From the NCBI GenBank assembly GCA_000708835.1, contig DF237354.1, positions 1-64,000 of the forward strand: 64,000 nucleotides of DNA. The letters are read 5' to 3'. The notes below the pieces were generated by a model, which was given only the letters and a program-made list of their open reading frames with translations, was not told the origin of the DNA and did no database searches. Both the position numbers and the translations under genes were made by a program. Positions 1-12,600 of the stretch are shown here, piece by piece (position 1 is the stretch's first letter; each line of letters opens with the position of its first letter). Origin of the DNA: Klebsormidium nitens (taxonomy: Eukaryota; Plantae; Klebsormidiophyceae).

Positions 1-1049
1 GAAAAAAAAAAAAAAAAGGTATGTAGGGGCGTCCGGAACTCTGAAAATCAAAACGGCCCCCCCCTCCCTTCTGGATGCACGATTCTACCTGGGGGTAAAT
101 TGGCCCCTGGATTTTGCCCCCACCAGCCACCAGCCACCCCCCCTTCGACTACTGAAGTATACGGTAGTTCCGGCCGATCGCGGCCGGATCGAGGATTTGC
201 GCCACCTTTCAGCCAGGTGGCATAAACTACCTGAAGTGCAACGTGTCACTCCATGAGCAAATTTCGCGCAGGGTTTTCAAAGGTCGACACATGTCACCCT
301 ATTGTGCGCCCGAGGTTCGAACTCTCGCTTCATCAGCCAATCTCAGCAAAGAGTCTGATTTGCCCCTGCGCTTTACATGCCAGCGTGGCAGAGGGGACAT
401 TCTGCAATGATGCGAGGCGGGTATCCCCAAGGGATTCTTGGGAGAGGGACTCTTAAAATGGCGAACAGCTGTCACCCATGGTGGACTCCAACGGACTGCT
501 TTCTCCAGATCTGCAGCTCTGGAAAGGCAGCTTGCAAGAGGGAGGGAGTTGTTTCTGCCAAGGGTTGGCACGTATTTCGAGTCACGAAAAGTGCAGCCAT
601 GCAATGATTCGAGGGTTGGATACCCGTGGAGTTCGGGCGTTCCTTCCCTAGGCAGTCTGTCGAAACCTGAAGAAGCAATTGAAGTGTTTGTTTGAGGAGA
701 ACGCCACAGCAGGGCAAAGAAGCACTTCTTTCTGGCCTCCCTCGTATGTGGCTGTCGGTGTTTGTGAAAAGATTCTGCTTGCGCATTTCTGTTGATTTTC
801 TTCTTGTTCCAAGGTGCATCCAATCACCTCAAGGACAGTCGGCGTTTGCATAGATCTGAGGGCCGCAAGCAATCGGGACAGAAACAACAAGGAGTCTAGC
901 TTTTGCAGGACACAGCTTTGTTCAAATTTCCTAGTTTCAGCTCTCAGCAGGTTCTTAGTAAATCAGAGAAGTCCATTTCAGTCGAGAGAAGTCCAATGAG
1001 ATAGCATTAGCGGGTGCACTTCAGAGGCCTGTTGATCAGTCTCACCGTC

Positions 1050-4000
1050 ATGGCCACAGCCATACATTTCTCTCAGCTGCACGTTGGCCACTTAGGAGCG
1101 GCACATGGCTTTCAGAACTCGTGGCGGAAAGATGTCGTCAATGCCGGCGGCCGTGTCAAACCGTCCCGCCCCCCCCTGCGCAAAAGCACTCCCTTGCTCC
1201 CTCAGGGCCCCTCGCTGGCGCCCCCGGCCATCTGGAACCCAGGCCTGCGCTTTTCCAGGTTTTCTTCCTCGAGCCTCTCAAGACGGGTGTTGTTTTCACA
1301 CCAGCTGGGATCTCCCGGGTCCGGTGGAAACTGGGAGCGACTCTCTCGGTCTCCTTCTGCGCCTGTGCACAAGCTTCTCCAGAGCCAGCCGTCGATCAAA
1401 CCCCTAAGCCCTAAGCCCCTAAACCCCGGGACACCCCTCAGCATAAAGCGGACCATCTCTGGTGCGCTTAGCCTCTCATCAGTGGAAGCCTGCCTGGAGC
1501 GTGCGCCGTCATCCAACATCGCGATGCTTGAGCAGTTGCTAAAAGAAAGTGTGAGTGAGGCGCAGATTGAGAAGCCCCCCCTGCAGCGAAGACACTCGTC
1601 CGCACCCCTGGCAAAGCACATGGCGCCTTGGGAAGAAAGGAGTAGGTCGCACTCAGAGGCGCAGAGCTCGCAGGTGCCAGGGGTGTTGAGAGAGGGGATG
1701 GCGGCACCGCGGAAGCGGGAGCAGTGGCATCCGAGCATCGGAACTCACCCTGAGATGCAGGAGGGGGATGACCTCCATTACTTTGCAGATGCGCCACGCC
1801 CCCCGCCAAACCTCGACGGCGGCCACTTTGACCCCCTGGGACTGAACCCTCCCGCCCCGGAACTGTTACCGCAAACCCTGATCAACAAGCTGCACATCCC
1901 TGAAGCTCGCAAGGGGCTCCCGAACACCGTGCAAGATATGTACCAGGGGTTGCTTAAGCAGAAGTGGCCGGCGTTCCTGGGGTCTTTGGTAGCGGCGCCA
2001 GCGGCCTTGAGCGCGGCGTTCACGGCTTTTTACCTGTTGGATCCAGGGGGTTTGGCACTGGACGATAGCATCATGCAGTCGGCGAGTGCGAGCTGCGAGT
2101 TTGCGGCGATGGGAGCGCAGGCAATGGGAGTGGACCAAGCTCAGGGGATCAACTTCTTCAGCTTCTTTGAGGCGTTCATGATGAGCCTGGGCATGAGCAC
2201 GGGCGTAGATCCGGTGAGTGCACTTCATTCCTGTGTTTGTTCAAGTTGGTTGTCTAGGTGATGATGAGATTTGTAGGGCGCGGTGACAGCCCTGTTGAAT
2301 TGGTGACCTCCCCCTTGCAATCTGTCTGATTAAGTGTGTGGTTTAAGTGGTTGATTTTGGTTTTTGTGAGGCTTGAGGGAAGTCACATATTGTCACTTCT
2401 GAATCAAAAGGGGACCTGTTGTAGGCAATGAGATGAAGGCGGAGATTAGCAGCAATTGATTCTATATATGGTTGCATCAGACATTACTGTTTTGCTTGAG
2501 AAAGAAAAATGGTGCTCTGGTGCTAGACATGCCTTTTCTTGCCAAGTGGTATATTGTCTGATCGTGCATAATGCGAACGTGTTCTTGCTTTTGATGCTAC
2601 TTCCTGATATTAGCACGTTATAATAGCATTCATTAGAGTTACCTCTGCCACTAATGATCGCAAGGAGGATTTGCAACTTTTCAAGATCTGTTTCCTCTTG
2701 AAGCTGGCCGGGTCTAGCTCCTTTTGGCCACCAGATTACGTGTTACAACTATCAGATCTGCCTTGCTCTGAGTTGGACCAGGAAGATCTTTGTTTGGCCT
2801 CAAAATCAAGTTTGGCCGCCACAGCTGAGCTTGCAGCAAACTTCAATTTCATCTGGACCACCACCACTGTCAAAGCTTTCTGCTTAGATTTTGTTTTTTC
2901 ACGTTGCTTGTCCAGCCTCTTGATTGATTGAATAGTGCCTCCAGCTTTCCCTTGAAGCCATCGCCGCTGCACCACTGCTAATAATGCGATGCGCCAGACT
3001 TTAGTTCTTCTTATAGAGTGTTTGTTGCTGCACTGTCAAAGGGGCGTTGATGCTATTCCTTGTTGTCCTTGTGAAGGGTCTCATTTTCCCAAGATTTTGG
3101 TGTTTGCACCCGCGAATTCTGTTCGACAGTCCCCAGTCTCTATTTTCCACATTCATCTCCTCTCAACCTGCTGGTTCTGGTTACATACTTTCTCATCACG
3201 GTCACTTACAAACCATGATGAGGGTTTGTAACTGACATGTCACTACTTACAACTCAGAAAGGTGACCATTTAAAACCATCCTAAACCAACACAGTGACAA
3301 CTCGCTCCTAACCTAACCCGCTTCTTAACCCGCAGGTTGTGCACGCGGTCAGCCCGTACACCATGGTCATTGCGCAGCTGAACGGAATGGCCTCGCAGCT
3401 GATGTTCGTCCTCTTGAGCGGCGCCGTGTTTGCGCGCTTCTCGCAGCCCGCCGAGCCTATCGCCTGCTCCAAGAAGGCGGTCGTCACGAGCCTGCCTACA
3501 ACGCCCCGGCAACGGTGAGCTTAAGATTTGTTCACTTTGTTGCGTTACAGTCTTGGGTGACAAGAGTTTAGGTTTCCACCACAAAGTTTTGCATTCTCAA
3601 AACAACCAACCTGCTTATTCGAGTCTCCTACGAGGTTCATAAACACGATGATGTAAGAAGGTGGTTCATATTTGCTGTCGACATTGCGACTTATGATAGT
3701 TCAAGTTGAGATTATCATATCCTTTTCTTGTCAAGGTTTTGCTCTATTTGCTCTTCTGCAGCTCGCGCGGCAATCATGTGCAATTGACGCTTGTTGATCA
3801 AGAAGATTTGAGTCTCATGCACATAACCCCAGGATTTGAAATATTGGACAATAACGTCAAATCAGAATGTTATCAGCTCAGCCCTTTCTTAATGGTTTCC
3901 TGGCAAATTTATCGACCTCAAAAGCTCTTGGAAGGTATTCGTTCATCTTGAGGTTTCCTTCGAGTATGAAAGCACGGGCCGTCGAAGTTTGGATGCGTCC

Positions 4001-4741
4001 TGTGCAATGACAATCCGCCGCAGTAAAATTCACCGTCTGTAAAATCGGCTTTTCCGCATCAGGAAAAGGTGTGTAAGCACATTCCCCGGATCTGACTGCC
4101 TGTTTCCAACCGAGGCACGGTCTTCCAATCACTTCTGAACGGCAGTAGCAGCCTTTCGAACTTGCAAACCCCGTGTTTAAGCCCTTCTGGAGTCCAAGCG
4201 CGTTTAAGATTTACCCCCTCCTGACATGTGCGTCCACCAGAATGGACGACCCTTCAAAATTTCAGGCGTCTAATACGTTCCTTGGAGCACCATCCTCATC
4301 AAAATCACTTGACCCCGGTTCAACCGAGCGAAACAACACACTTATACCATATGTTCCTGGTATGCTAAGCAAGAGACTGAAGCTTCGACTTCCTGCAGGA
4401 TGCTCGCGCTTCGATATGCTGTCCAGCAAGAACTGGTTGACGTAAAGGTCGACATCACGGCCACGCGAACCGTCAAAACGGATTCCGCCGGCGGCTGGGC
4501 CCGGACGGAACAGCCCCTGAAGCTCGTCCGATCAGGGGCGGCGTACCAAATCGAGGGCATGGTTGTACAACACATGATCGACCCGGAGAGCCCATTGTAC
4601 GGCCTTAACCAAGCTGGGTTAAGAGCGCAGGACGTCAAGCTGACGTTCAGCGTCGTGGGCTTGGAGCGCGCGTCGATGCAGTCAGTGGTTCACATAGAGG
4701 AGTACTCTGCAAAGGATGGGACGCTCATAGCAATCGGTTGA
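1050..4741 (+). CDS. Inward-rectifier (Kir/KirBac-family) channel-like protein, ~561 aa, with long N-terminal extension and non-canonical pore loop
   Basis: Exons 1050-2213, 3336-3514, 4399-4741 with GT-AG borders and matching phases (0, 2). Kir hallmarks: slide helix DMYQGLLKQKWP, TM1, pore helix FFEAFMMS, TM2 ending GAVFARFSQP, cytoplasmic HMIDPESPLYG and G-loop-like VVGLE. The start codon and a possible extra 3' exon are uncertain. Confidence 0.88.
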
Positions 4742-6962
4742 GCCTCGGGGTTTCTGCACCGGGGCGCTTTGTATAGTGGTTTTGAGGTAACGTTTGTGGC
4801 GCGCGCACTCAATCTTAGTAGAATTGCATGATAATGAACAGGTCCCGTTTTGCCGATACTTATAAACTGTTTAGCTAGCTGATTAAAAGAAGCGGAGCGA
4901 GTACGGATACACCGTGCGGCTCAGGTGACAAGAGAAGCATTCCAATGTTCCCCAGAATAAAGCTTAGCTTATAGACGCGTCCCCTTTGTGAATTCTGTGT
5001 AACAATTGCATCCACCATTGTGATGCAACATATAAGTTGAATCATGGGTTTGATCCCAGTGTCTTATTTGTCGTCAATCAAGATCATGTGGTAGACGGCC
5101 ACACCGCATATGTGGGCAGGCTGCGAGTCATCTTCATGTTTATGGATCAAGGTCCCCATGGGCCGCATGCGCCCGTGTACTGACTAATGTTGTTCTTGTC
5201 TGAAGGCAAACATATCCCTGCTATACGTGCGCGGGCAAATATATCAATGGCCAGCTTTAAGGCATGTCCAGTGACCCAGCTTAGTACTGAGGCGTCAGCT
5301 GCATGACCGTGCTGCCGCACAGCAGGTCGAAGTGACGCATGATGATATGCAACATATAGCATGGCCGCTCGAGTCGGCTCGAAGTACGTGCACCCATGGA
5401 CACTGACGTACATCGCTCATGACCACTTTTGTCTGTACGTAACATGAACTGGCCTTCAGTACAGCTAGTTCAACTTGGATGTCAATGGATTAGGCACTAG
5501 GCCCGTCAGATTGTTATGTAAGCGTATTGAACATGTCCACTGACAGCATGCACAAACAGTTTGATCCCATGCAGGCCCGGCCGGCCGGGAGGCTAAGGAT
5601 CATCAAAAGTGAGTGCCGCTATATTCGATGATTCTACTAGCTCTACATGCGCGTATGCACTTGCCAGTACGGTCGAAATCAATTTCCCGGCCAGTGCTCA
5701 TGACCTTGGTGTGACTTTAACGACGAATGTTCCGACTCGCCAGCGTCAGTGTCAGCTCACTCGTATCATATGGCTGGCACACTGTCCAGCGGTAGCTCAG
5801 CTTGCCACATGTGGCATCGATCTGCCGCCCAACCATATGTATATTGACACCTATCATTGGCATGTATGAAAGGGCACAGCGGTATTGAAGCGATGCACGT
5901 CAAGCATATTGCCCAGGCAGTAACGCAAGGGCTTTGAACCTATTTCGCTCCCATGAAGACCACAAGTGATAGGTCTTGCTACCAGGGCCCAGATCCTGGC
6001 CGCTGCTGGAGTAAGCGGTGCTGGGTCACATGCACATCAGCTGCAGCTCTTGGCGCCGTTTCTCGCGACGTTTCTGCAGAAAAGGGGATTACGCTACTCA
6101 GCAAGTAAAGCCGGGGCGCCCTGGAAAGCCGCAAGGACCTGCTCGCTTATCTTGTTGCATGCGGTCCGCCTTTCAAGAGGCTTCATCTGTAGACAAGAAA
6201 AAGAGGAAGCCTTTTGAATAAGGCTAGTGAACGACGGTTTGAGACGGACTGTCGTAAACACAGCTTGGGCTGGAGCCTTCAGTGACGAAAAGAGCAGCGA
6301 GACGAATGCTCATTTAGAACCACCTACGGGGAACGAAGCTGGCAGCTTTCTTGAATCTGAACCCGTGAACCTAGTCATCGGAATCTCAACATTTAGACGA
6401 TTGAATCTATTGCTAAAGGCCACACAGGAAGGAGACAGCCGACACGCGCCTTTTTTCGCATTCCCTTGGAGGAAGTTGGTAGGTTGATTCTCAACCGTAG
6501 CTTTGATTGATCAAGGGGAATTAGGTCCTCGCAACCACTGCTGTCGAATCCAAGTCAAGGGATAGCCTACACAGAAGCGGATCGCAGCCGTGTCTTGGGA
6601 AGTCGCTCACCGTGCTGTGGCCTCTTGGCGTTCAGAATCCGACTCTGTCCGCTCCTCAGCGCACTTACACCACTTTTCTGTAGACTCGCCAGTCCAAGCG
6701 ACGAAGGCACCGTCGGTACGTAGAAAGCCAAGCGCGACTTGGGAGACGTCCCCCGACGAGCATCCCTCTACTTCTCGCTTCCAGTTCATGAGGCGCAGTT
6801 TCGGCGCCTGACTAACCCATCACCTCCTGACCGTGTCCGTGTGAGACTGAAGGTCAGTCACAACACGCTCGCCCTTTCGTTCAGGAACTGAATGCGGATC
6901 GCCTTTTTCCCCCCAAAGTTGGGTACGATTCAATTGAAGGCCAGCTTCCCCCCCAGAACGGT

Positions 6963-9400
6963 TCACCCCCCCTCGAACACCGCCTGCTTGGCTGCCATGG
7001 CAGGGTTGCGCGCTGCTTGGAACGCCACCATCTTTTTCAGGGGGGCTAAGATCGCGTCTCGGACGCACGCGCCGTCCGGTTCGCAGAAGAAGAGCGCTCG
7101 AGCGACCGCCTCTGAAGTGCTGACGAACCTGTGGCAAAACAGATGGCTTCGCTTGAACGCAATGTTTCTGGACTTTGTCTCAACGTGAGGTAAGAGCACG
7201 GTCTAAAGACACCGTCCTCGTCAGGGCCAGGTTCGCTATAGCCAGGTTGTTCCAGGGTCGCTCTCAAACCAATGAGTCGGTCTTCCTGAGACTCTCGTCA
7301 AAAGAGAGGACTTTCTGAAATTTATCAGTGCGGGGATGGTGACAGTTTGAGTCAACACTTCTGTCAAGACCAACTGTTTGTGGACTCTTTTCAAGCGTGA
7401 TCAGAAGCCATGTCGGCAATGAGATGTACTCCAAGCGGGTGCACAGATCAAGCTTGGGACGTGTTCGCCATTTCGGATTGGTTTTGAAAAGTAGGCGGAT
7501 AAGTTGTTGAGTAACCTAACGAATCTCGTCCATAACCTTATATGACTGGCGATGGGAGGAATGTTCGACTTCACAAGCCCTGGCGATGTTAGTAGAAGAC
7601 ATTCGAAAAGAACAAGAAATATAAGCATTAGAATCTTTAAGAGAAGTTGCAAGCGAAGCCTCACCCTGCTTTCGGCTCCTTCCGCATGAGCAGGCCCCCA
7701 GGACACTTCATCAGCGGTTCAGATGAGTTTTCGAGGGCGGATGGCAATTGTACTTGGGTTACCGAGCCTGGGAGGTGAGGCTCCAACGAACGAAACATCT
7801 CGCGAGCGTGCTGCCAGGTTCCATCGATCACCTGAAATGAATAACGTGGGGCGTCAGGAGATCGTAATGACTAAGAGTGTCCAAAAGTCCGGCTGAAAGA
7901 GTTTCTACCACTTGTTTGATGTTTCGAAAAGGAGAGGAGACATTTAAGCGAGATTGCCTGCCTGATGAGAATCATACGTCTCCGAGAGAGAGTGCATGTA
8001 AGGAAAAACTTCGAAAGATAAACAGATAAACGAGCTCAGATAAGGCATGAAAGTCGTTGAAACCACAAGTAACCAGGCATTCACAGTGGTGCTGGGCTCA
8101 CATTCTATCCAAATCAGTCTATCTGCGAAATATATTCATTAATCCACTCACCACTAGCGTCTTTTCGAGGGATCGAAACCCCGGCACCTCCTGCGCGAGT
8201 TGGCTCAAGTCCTTCGCATTAGGCCCAGGGAAAAGAAGTAGCACCAGCCTCTGCTGTCCCCTGCCGAGCCCTGAACCATCCATCCCCTCTCCAGGATCCA
8301 GACATCTCAGCCCCCCACATAACGAAGATCTACTACAATTTCCATTTTCGGAAGCTGCTGACGGACTGCCTAAGGGGTTCTCTCCATCTTCAAGCAATCC
8401 ATGGGGAGCACTAAGATACTCAGCGCCGGCGCCCCGGAGTCTAGCATGGAGCATTGGATCAGACCCCACACGAAACCTTCTTCCGAGAAACGTTTCTGTT
8501 TGAAGGAGCACTTTGGACAGGAGGGGCACAGTGGACAGGCGCTTGGCGGCCTCCATGGGGTGCTGCACGAGAATCCGGGCTTTGGTTCAGCAGGTGGACT
8601 GAAAATGGATAATTTAATTCTTGACCAAAGCAGATGTATGGTTCCAGAACGAAGCGCTGATTGGAAGGTCAAGTATCAAAGGAATCCAGATCCCTTCTTG
8701 AGAAAACATTTGCGGACACCCAAAGAGTCTACTTCAAGAAAAGGGCTGTTTTTGAAGATGAAAGGAGGTGATATAAATGGAGAGTAAGCCAATGGGAGAT
8801 CAGGGAACACCTCAATGAACGGCAGCTTCAGACTGTCTGGAGTCTTCGATGGCCAGAAACATCTTTGCGAGAGTCAGGGCTTTGTATTGTTTGACTTTCG
8901 CAAATGCAATCAAGTTGGATTGTAAGGGACCGGGTATGAGCATGAGTGTTTACTCATAATCAGACCGAGTAGAAGGTGGTCAGGGCAGCATCAGCCATCA
9001 CCTTGAAACAACCCTTCCTTTCAGGATAAGTTCATTATAGCTGCATCAACTCCACGCATTGCTGCATTCAAACACTAAACCCTAAACTGAAGCCCATGTG
9101 ACAGCATTTTAACCATCGAAACCTGCAGGAAATTCACAGAACACCTAGACATCAAGAATTCCTGATGCAACCAAGCCACAATCAGTCGCCACCTTCCTCT
9201 GAACGATTGCACAGGAGATAAACTTCAAACCGTTTTACCTGCAGGACGACCACCCTTGTTTTTGTGACCAATGGCTCCTTCGGCAAGGCATCACAGAGGC
9301 AGGTTGATGTTGGCCGTTCGCAAGCTTTGCAGGCTCTAGGCAAAGAGGGGGACTCTGCAAAGAAGTCTTCAAAGAAATGGGGAAGCTCCTCAGACGCCAT
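6963..9400 (-). CDS. DTWD2: DTW-domain tRNA-uridine aminocarboxypropyltransferase (DTWD2-like)
   Basis: Exons 9400-9239, 8562-8152, 7831-7665, 7128-6963 (phases 0, 0, 2). Motifs CKACERPTSTCLC, VVVLQHPME, LLLFPG, LVVIDGTWQHAREM (DTW) and RKEPKAGFVSTSEAVARAL. Confidence 0.92.
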
Positions 9401-9677
9401 TCAAATTCAATGAATGATCCTGGCCCTGGCCTTGGGCCTGGGTCGCCTTCTATGCTTCCTCCCGACAGCTTCCTTTGACAGGCTTGGCAAAATGTACTGT
9501 ATTGCGGGGGTCTGCTTTCCGCGGGCGCTGCAACGAGGTGTCGTTCCAAATGTATACAGTAGTATCTCTTTGGCGTGATGCTTAGCCAGATTGAAAATGC
9601 AAATTGGCTTGCTTGTGCGCACATCTCTGGAGGAGAATATCAAAACGGAAAAGTTGCTTTCCACAACGAAGGCGCCC
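9401..9677. promoter_or_regulatory. Probable compact bidirectional promoter/5'UTR region between DTWD2 and ACBP
   Basis: Only 277 bp separate the two divergent start codons. No specific motif was identified. Confidence 0.5.
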
Positions 9678-12600
9678 ATGATGGATGGGAGCACGCAAGA
9701 AGTGATCGGCGGGCTCCTACTGGCCGTCCTATTTGCCTGGATGCTTTGGAAGCTGCTGGACATTGTGACCACGTTCAAGCAGGAGCAGCTGAGCGTTCGC
9801 AGGAAGCGCGACGACGACGCTGATGTGCGGAAGGAGGTGGAGGACGAGTCAGCGAAAAGTGAAGCTGATTAGACTCATTCAATGCACGCAGGCTCCCTTT
9901 TCGGCATAATACAAATTTTGTATTCCAGCTCTTGACGCATATCTTGTTGTCAGCAAAAAGCGCAGGTAATGCACAGCTGTTTCTGGAAAGAATCACGCTG
10001 ATGAATCTCTGAGCTTTCATCATTCCTTTCTCCCAAAACAACCACGCAAAGCTCCGCACGTCTTTGAGCAGCAGAATCCAATATCTGCGGCACATATTCC
10101 CTGCCACAATCACAGAACCATCACTTTTCCTGCTCTCCACCAGCCACACGCAATGAACGATCAAAGCAACGCAGAGCACCGTCTCAAAGCCCTGGGCCTC
10201 GAGGGCCCTGCCGGGGGAGGTGTCTCCTCGGGCTCAGACTGGGGCGACTCAGACAACGAGTCAGACGACGCGGGCACAGGGCCTGGGACTGATGCAGAGG
10301 AGGCCTTTGATGCTGCGTCGGCGTGGGTGGCTGCAAGCGTTCAGGGGGGGCGCCAGCTGGGACAAAATGTGCAGTTACAGTTGTATGGACTGTTCAAGCA
10401 GGCGACTGCGGGGGAGGCGACGGGGTCGAGGCCGGGGCCCTTCCACCCTTCGAAGCGCGCCAAGTGGTGAGTCTTGATTGGTGAAGGGGTTACTGGTGCA
10501 GTCTATTTCTACCTGCAGCTTCAGTGCACCTCTAAAGCACGACTGGTATTGAAGCTTGAAGGAATCCCGACGGGCGCCATCTGCTTCCATCCGCTATGTT
10601 AAAATTGGCCATGCGATGATGCTTTCTCTAAGAGGGACCCTTGATTGAACTTCATGTCTGTGTTTCTGTGTATCTCTTGATGACATGATTACATCAGCTG
10701 AGTGTCAAAGGCATTCGTCGGCCGCAGAAGTCTGTCCACAATTGTTGGTTCCCCTTCAGAACGCGTGCATTGGAGTTGATCAAGCGTAAGGAAGTTTCAC
10801 TCTCCTTGAATTCCTTGAATCTGGACCATTGATGGTGGAAGCTGTCAATCCCTGTTTGACCTTTTGAGGCTTTTCAAGTGCAGCCTAGCCGTGGGCTAGC
10901 GCCTAACTAAAGCAATTTTTATCGTGTGTTTACATGTATTGTAAATCAGTCATGTAATAGGAGCGGCCTGAAAGGTGCTTCCCGCTTGTCCCCAGGGACG
11001 CTTGGTCGGCACACGGCAGAATGTCCAAGGAAGAGGCGATGGCACGCTATGTGGCCCTCGTGTGCGCTATCGACCCTGAGTGGAACGCTGCGCAGAGGAG
11101 CGAGGACGTGAGTGCGTTTGGTCTCTACTCTGAACATAGCTCCTGGTGAAACCTCGTTGGTTATGGTCCCATGTTTCAGAGCAAGGGTGACTCAAAAGTC
11201 ATTTGCTGGACTCCTGCACAGAGGAGGGAGGATGCAGTGGATTAGCCCTTTGTTAAGAGCTATCTCTAAGATACAGCTTGACGGGTGCATAGCCTCATTC
11301 TGCAGTGTAAGGAATCCAAACGTTTGAGCGATTGTGAGGTAGACAAAGCGAGTTATTTAGGCTGCTGAATCGTTCCAAACCTGCTTCTTTGTCGGTTACT
11401 TGCGGTCTCTGCTCGCATCCTCTCTGTCAGGTGAAGAGGGCATGCAGAGGATTGCCGTTCTCAACAAGGACTTGTCATCCTCCTATATTGCGAAAATCAG
11501 GAAACATATCCTAGTTTTCATCGAGCCCATAAGCCTTCTGTGACCGGTTTCAGCTGTCGGTATTGAGGAGCGCTTTGGCCCTTCCTGAACCTCTGGGTTC
11601 TCCGCCCATTTCCGTCCCTTTCTGTGAGTTCTGATTTGTTTCGTTCCTGCCTCCCGGGATTTTGCCAGACTACTCCTTAACTGGCACCCTAAGACCGTTT
11701 TGCAGCCCTCCTTTGGAGGTCGAAGCTCCGGAAGCCAGGGAGGGGGACCAGTCTTCAGTGTACCGTCGGTTGGGACGCCAGGGCCAGATGACGAGAAGTG
11801 AGATTTGCTTATCGAATCTGGTTAACGTCCTGGTTTAACGGACTGGACACAGCCTGCCAATCACGCGGACTTGACACGCCACCTCGCCTTACTTTGATAC
11901 GCACGGCTTAAGCCCCGACTGAATCGGGATGCATCAAGTTCCTCGATTCTCCGAACTGGTCTTTCCCCACTTCTATGCGGCACTCCTCTGAACAAAAATG
12001 CCGTTCAGAGTAAAGGGCGCCGCCATGCTGACACACTCTGACGTCACCATCGTGCAGAGAAATTGCGGGGCTACCAGGGTGCGCGAGTCGAGGGGACGAG
12101 GCAGGGGTGGGGGCACTCCTGAAAGCGGGGGCGAACGTAAACGACGCGGGTAGGCGTCCTTTCGGACTCCTCATTCCTAGTTTGATTTCCTCTAACCTTT
12201 TTCTCGATGAGAGCCGGAGAAGGATTGTCTACAAACCGTTGTAGGTGATCTTGATGAAAAGTCTAACTACAATCCCGGCTTTTAGACTCCCAATGGCGGC
12301 AAAGCGGGCTATTTATAGCGTGCTTTTTTATTTCTGTGCACTGGTCGGTTTGTTTAAGAAGAAAGTACCCAATATATCAGGGATCGCAGATTGACTGGTC
12401 CGGATACCTTACGCCTCCTTTGAGCTACGGAACTTCGACATTTTGGGAGCATATTGCGAGCTTGCAAGTTGGAAGACGGTGCCAATCATAGGTTCATTGT
12501 CGAAGCGAGTTGTGATCCTGTCTGATCCTGCAACAAGGTCTGAACAAAAGCTCTTCCACGAAGGCTGCCGCTTAGACTCGGGTCGTGGGAACAGACTCGG

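Noticed and set aside
1401-1430. Telomere-like CCCTAAG/CCCTAAA units
   Set aside because: Only about three imperfect units, inside the Kir coding exon where they encode PLSPKPLNP; not an interstitial telomere.
9070-9090. Telo-box-like AAACCCTAA in DTWD2 intron 1
   Set aside because: A single short match that is expected by chance; no supporting site-II motif was checked.
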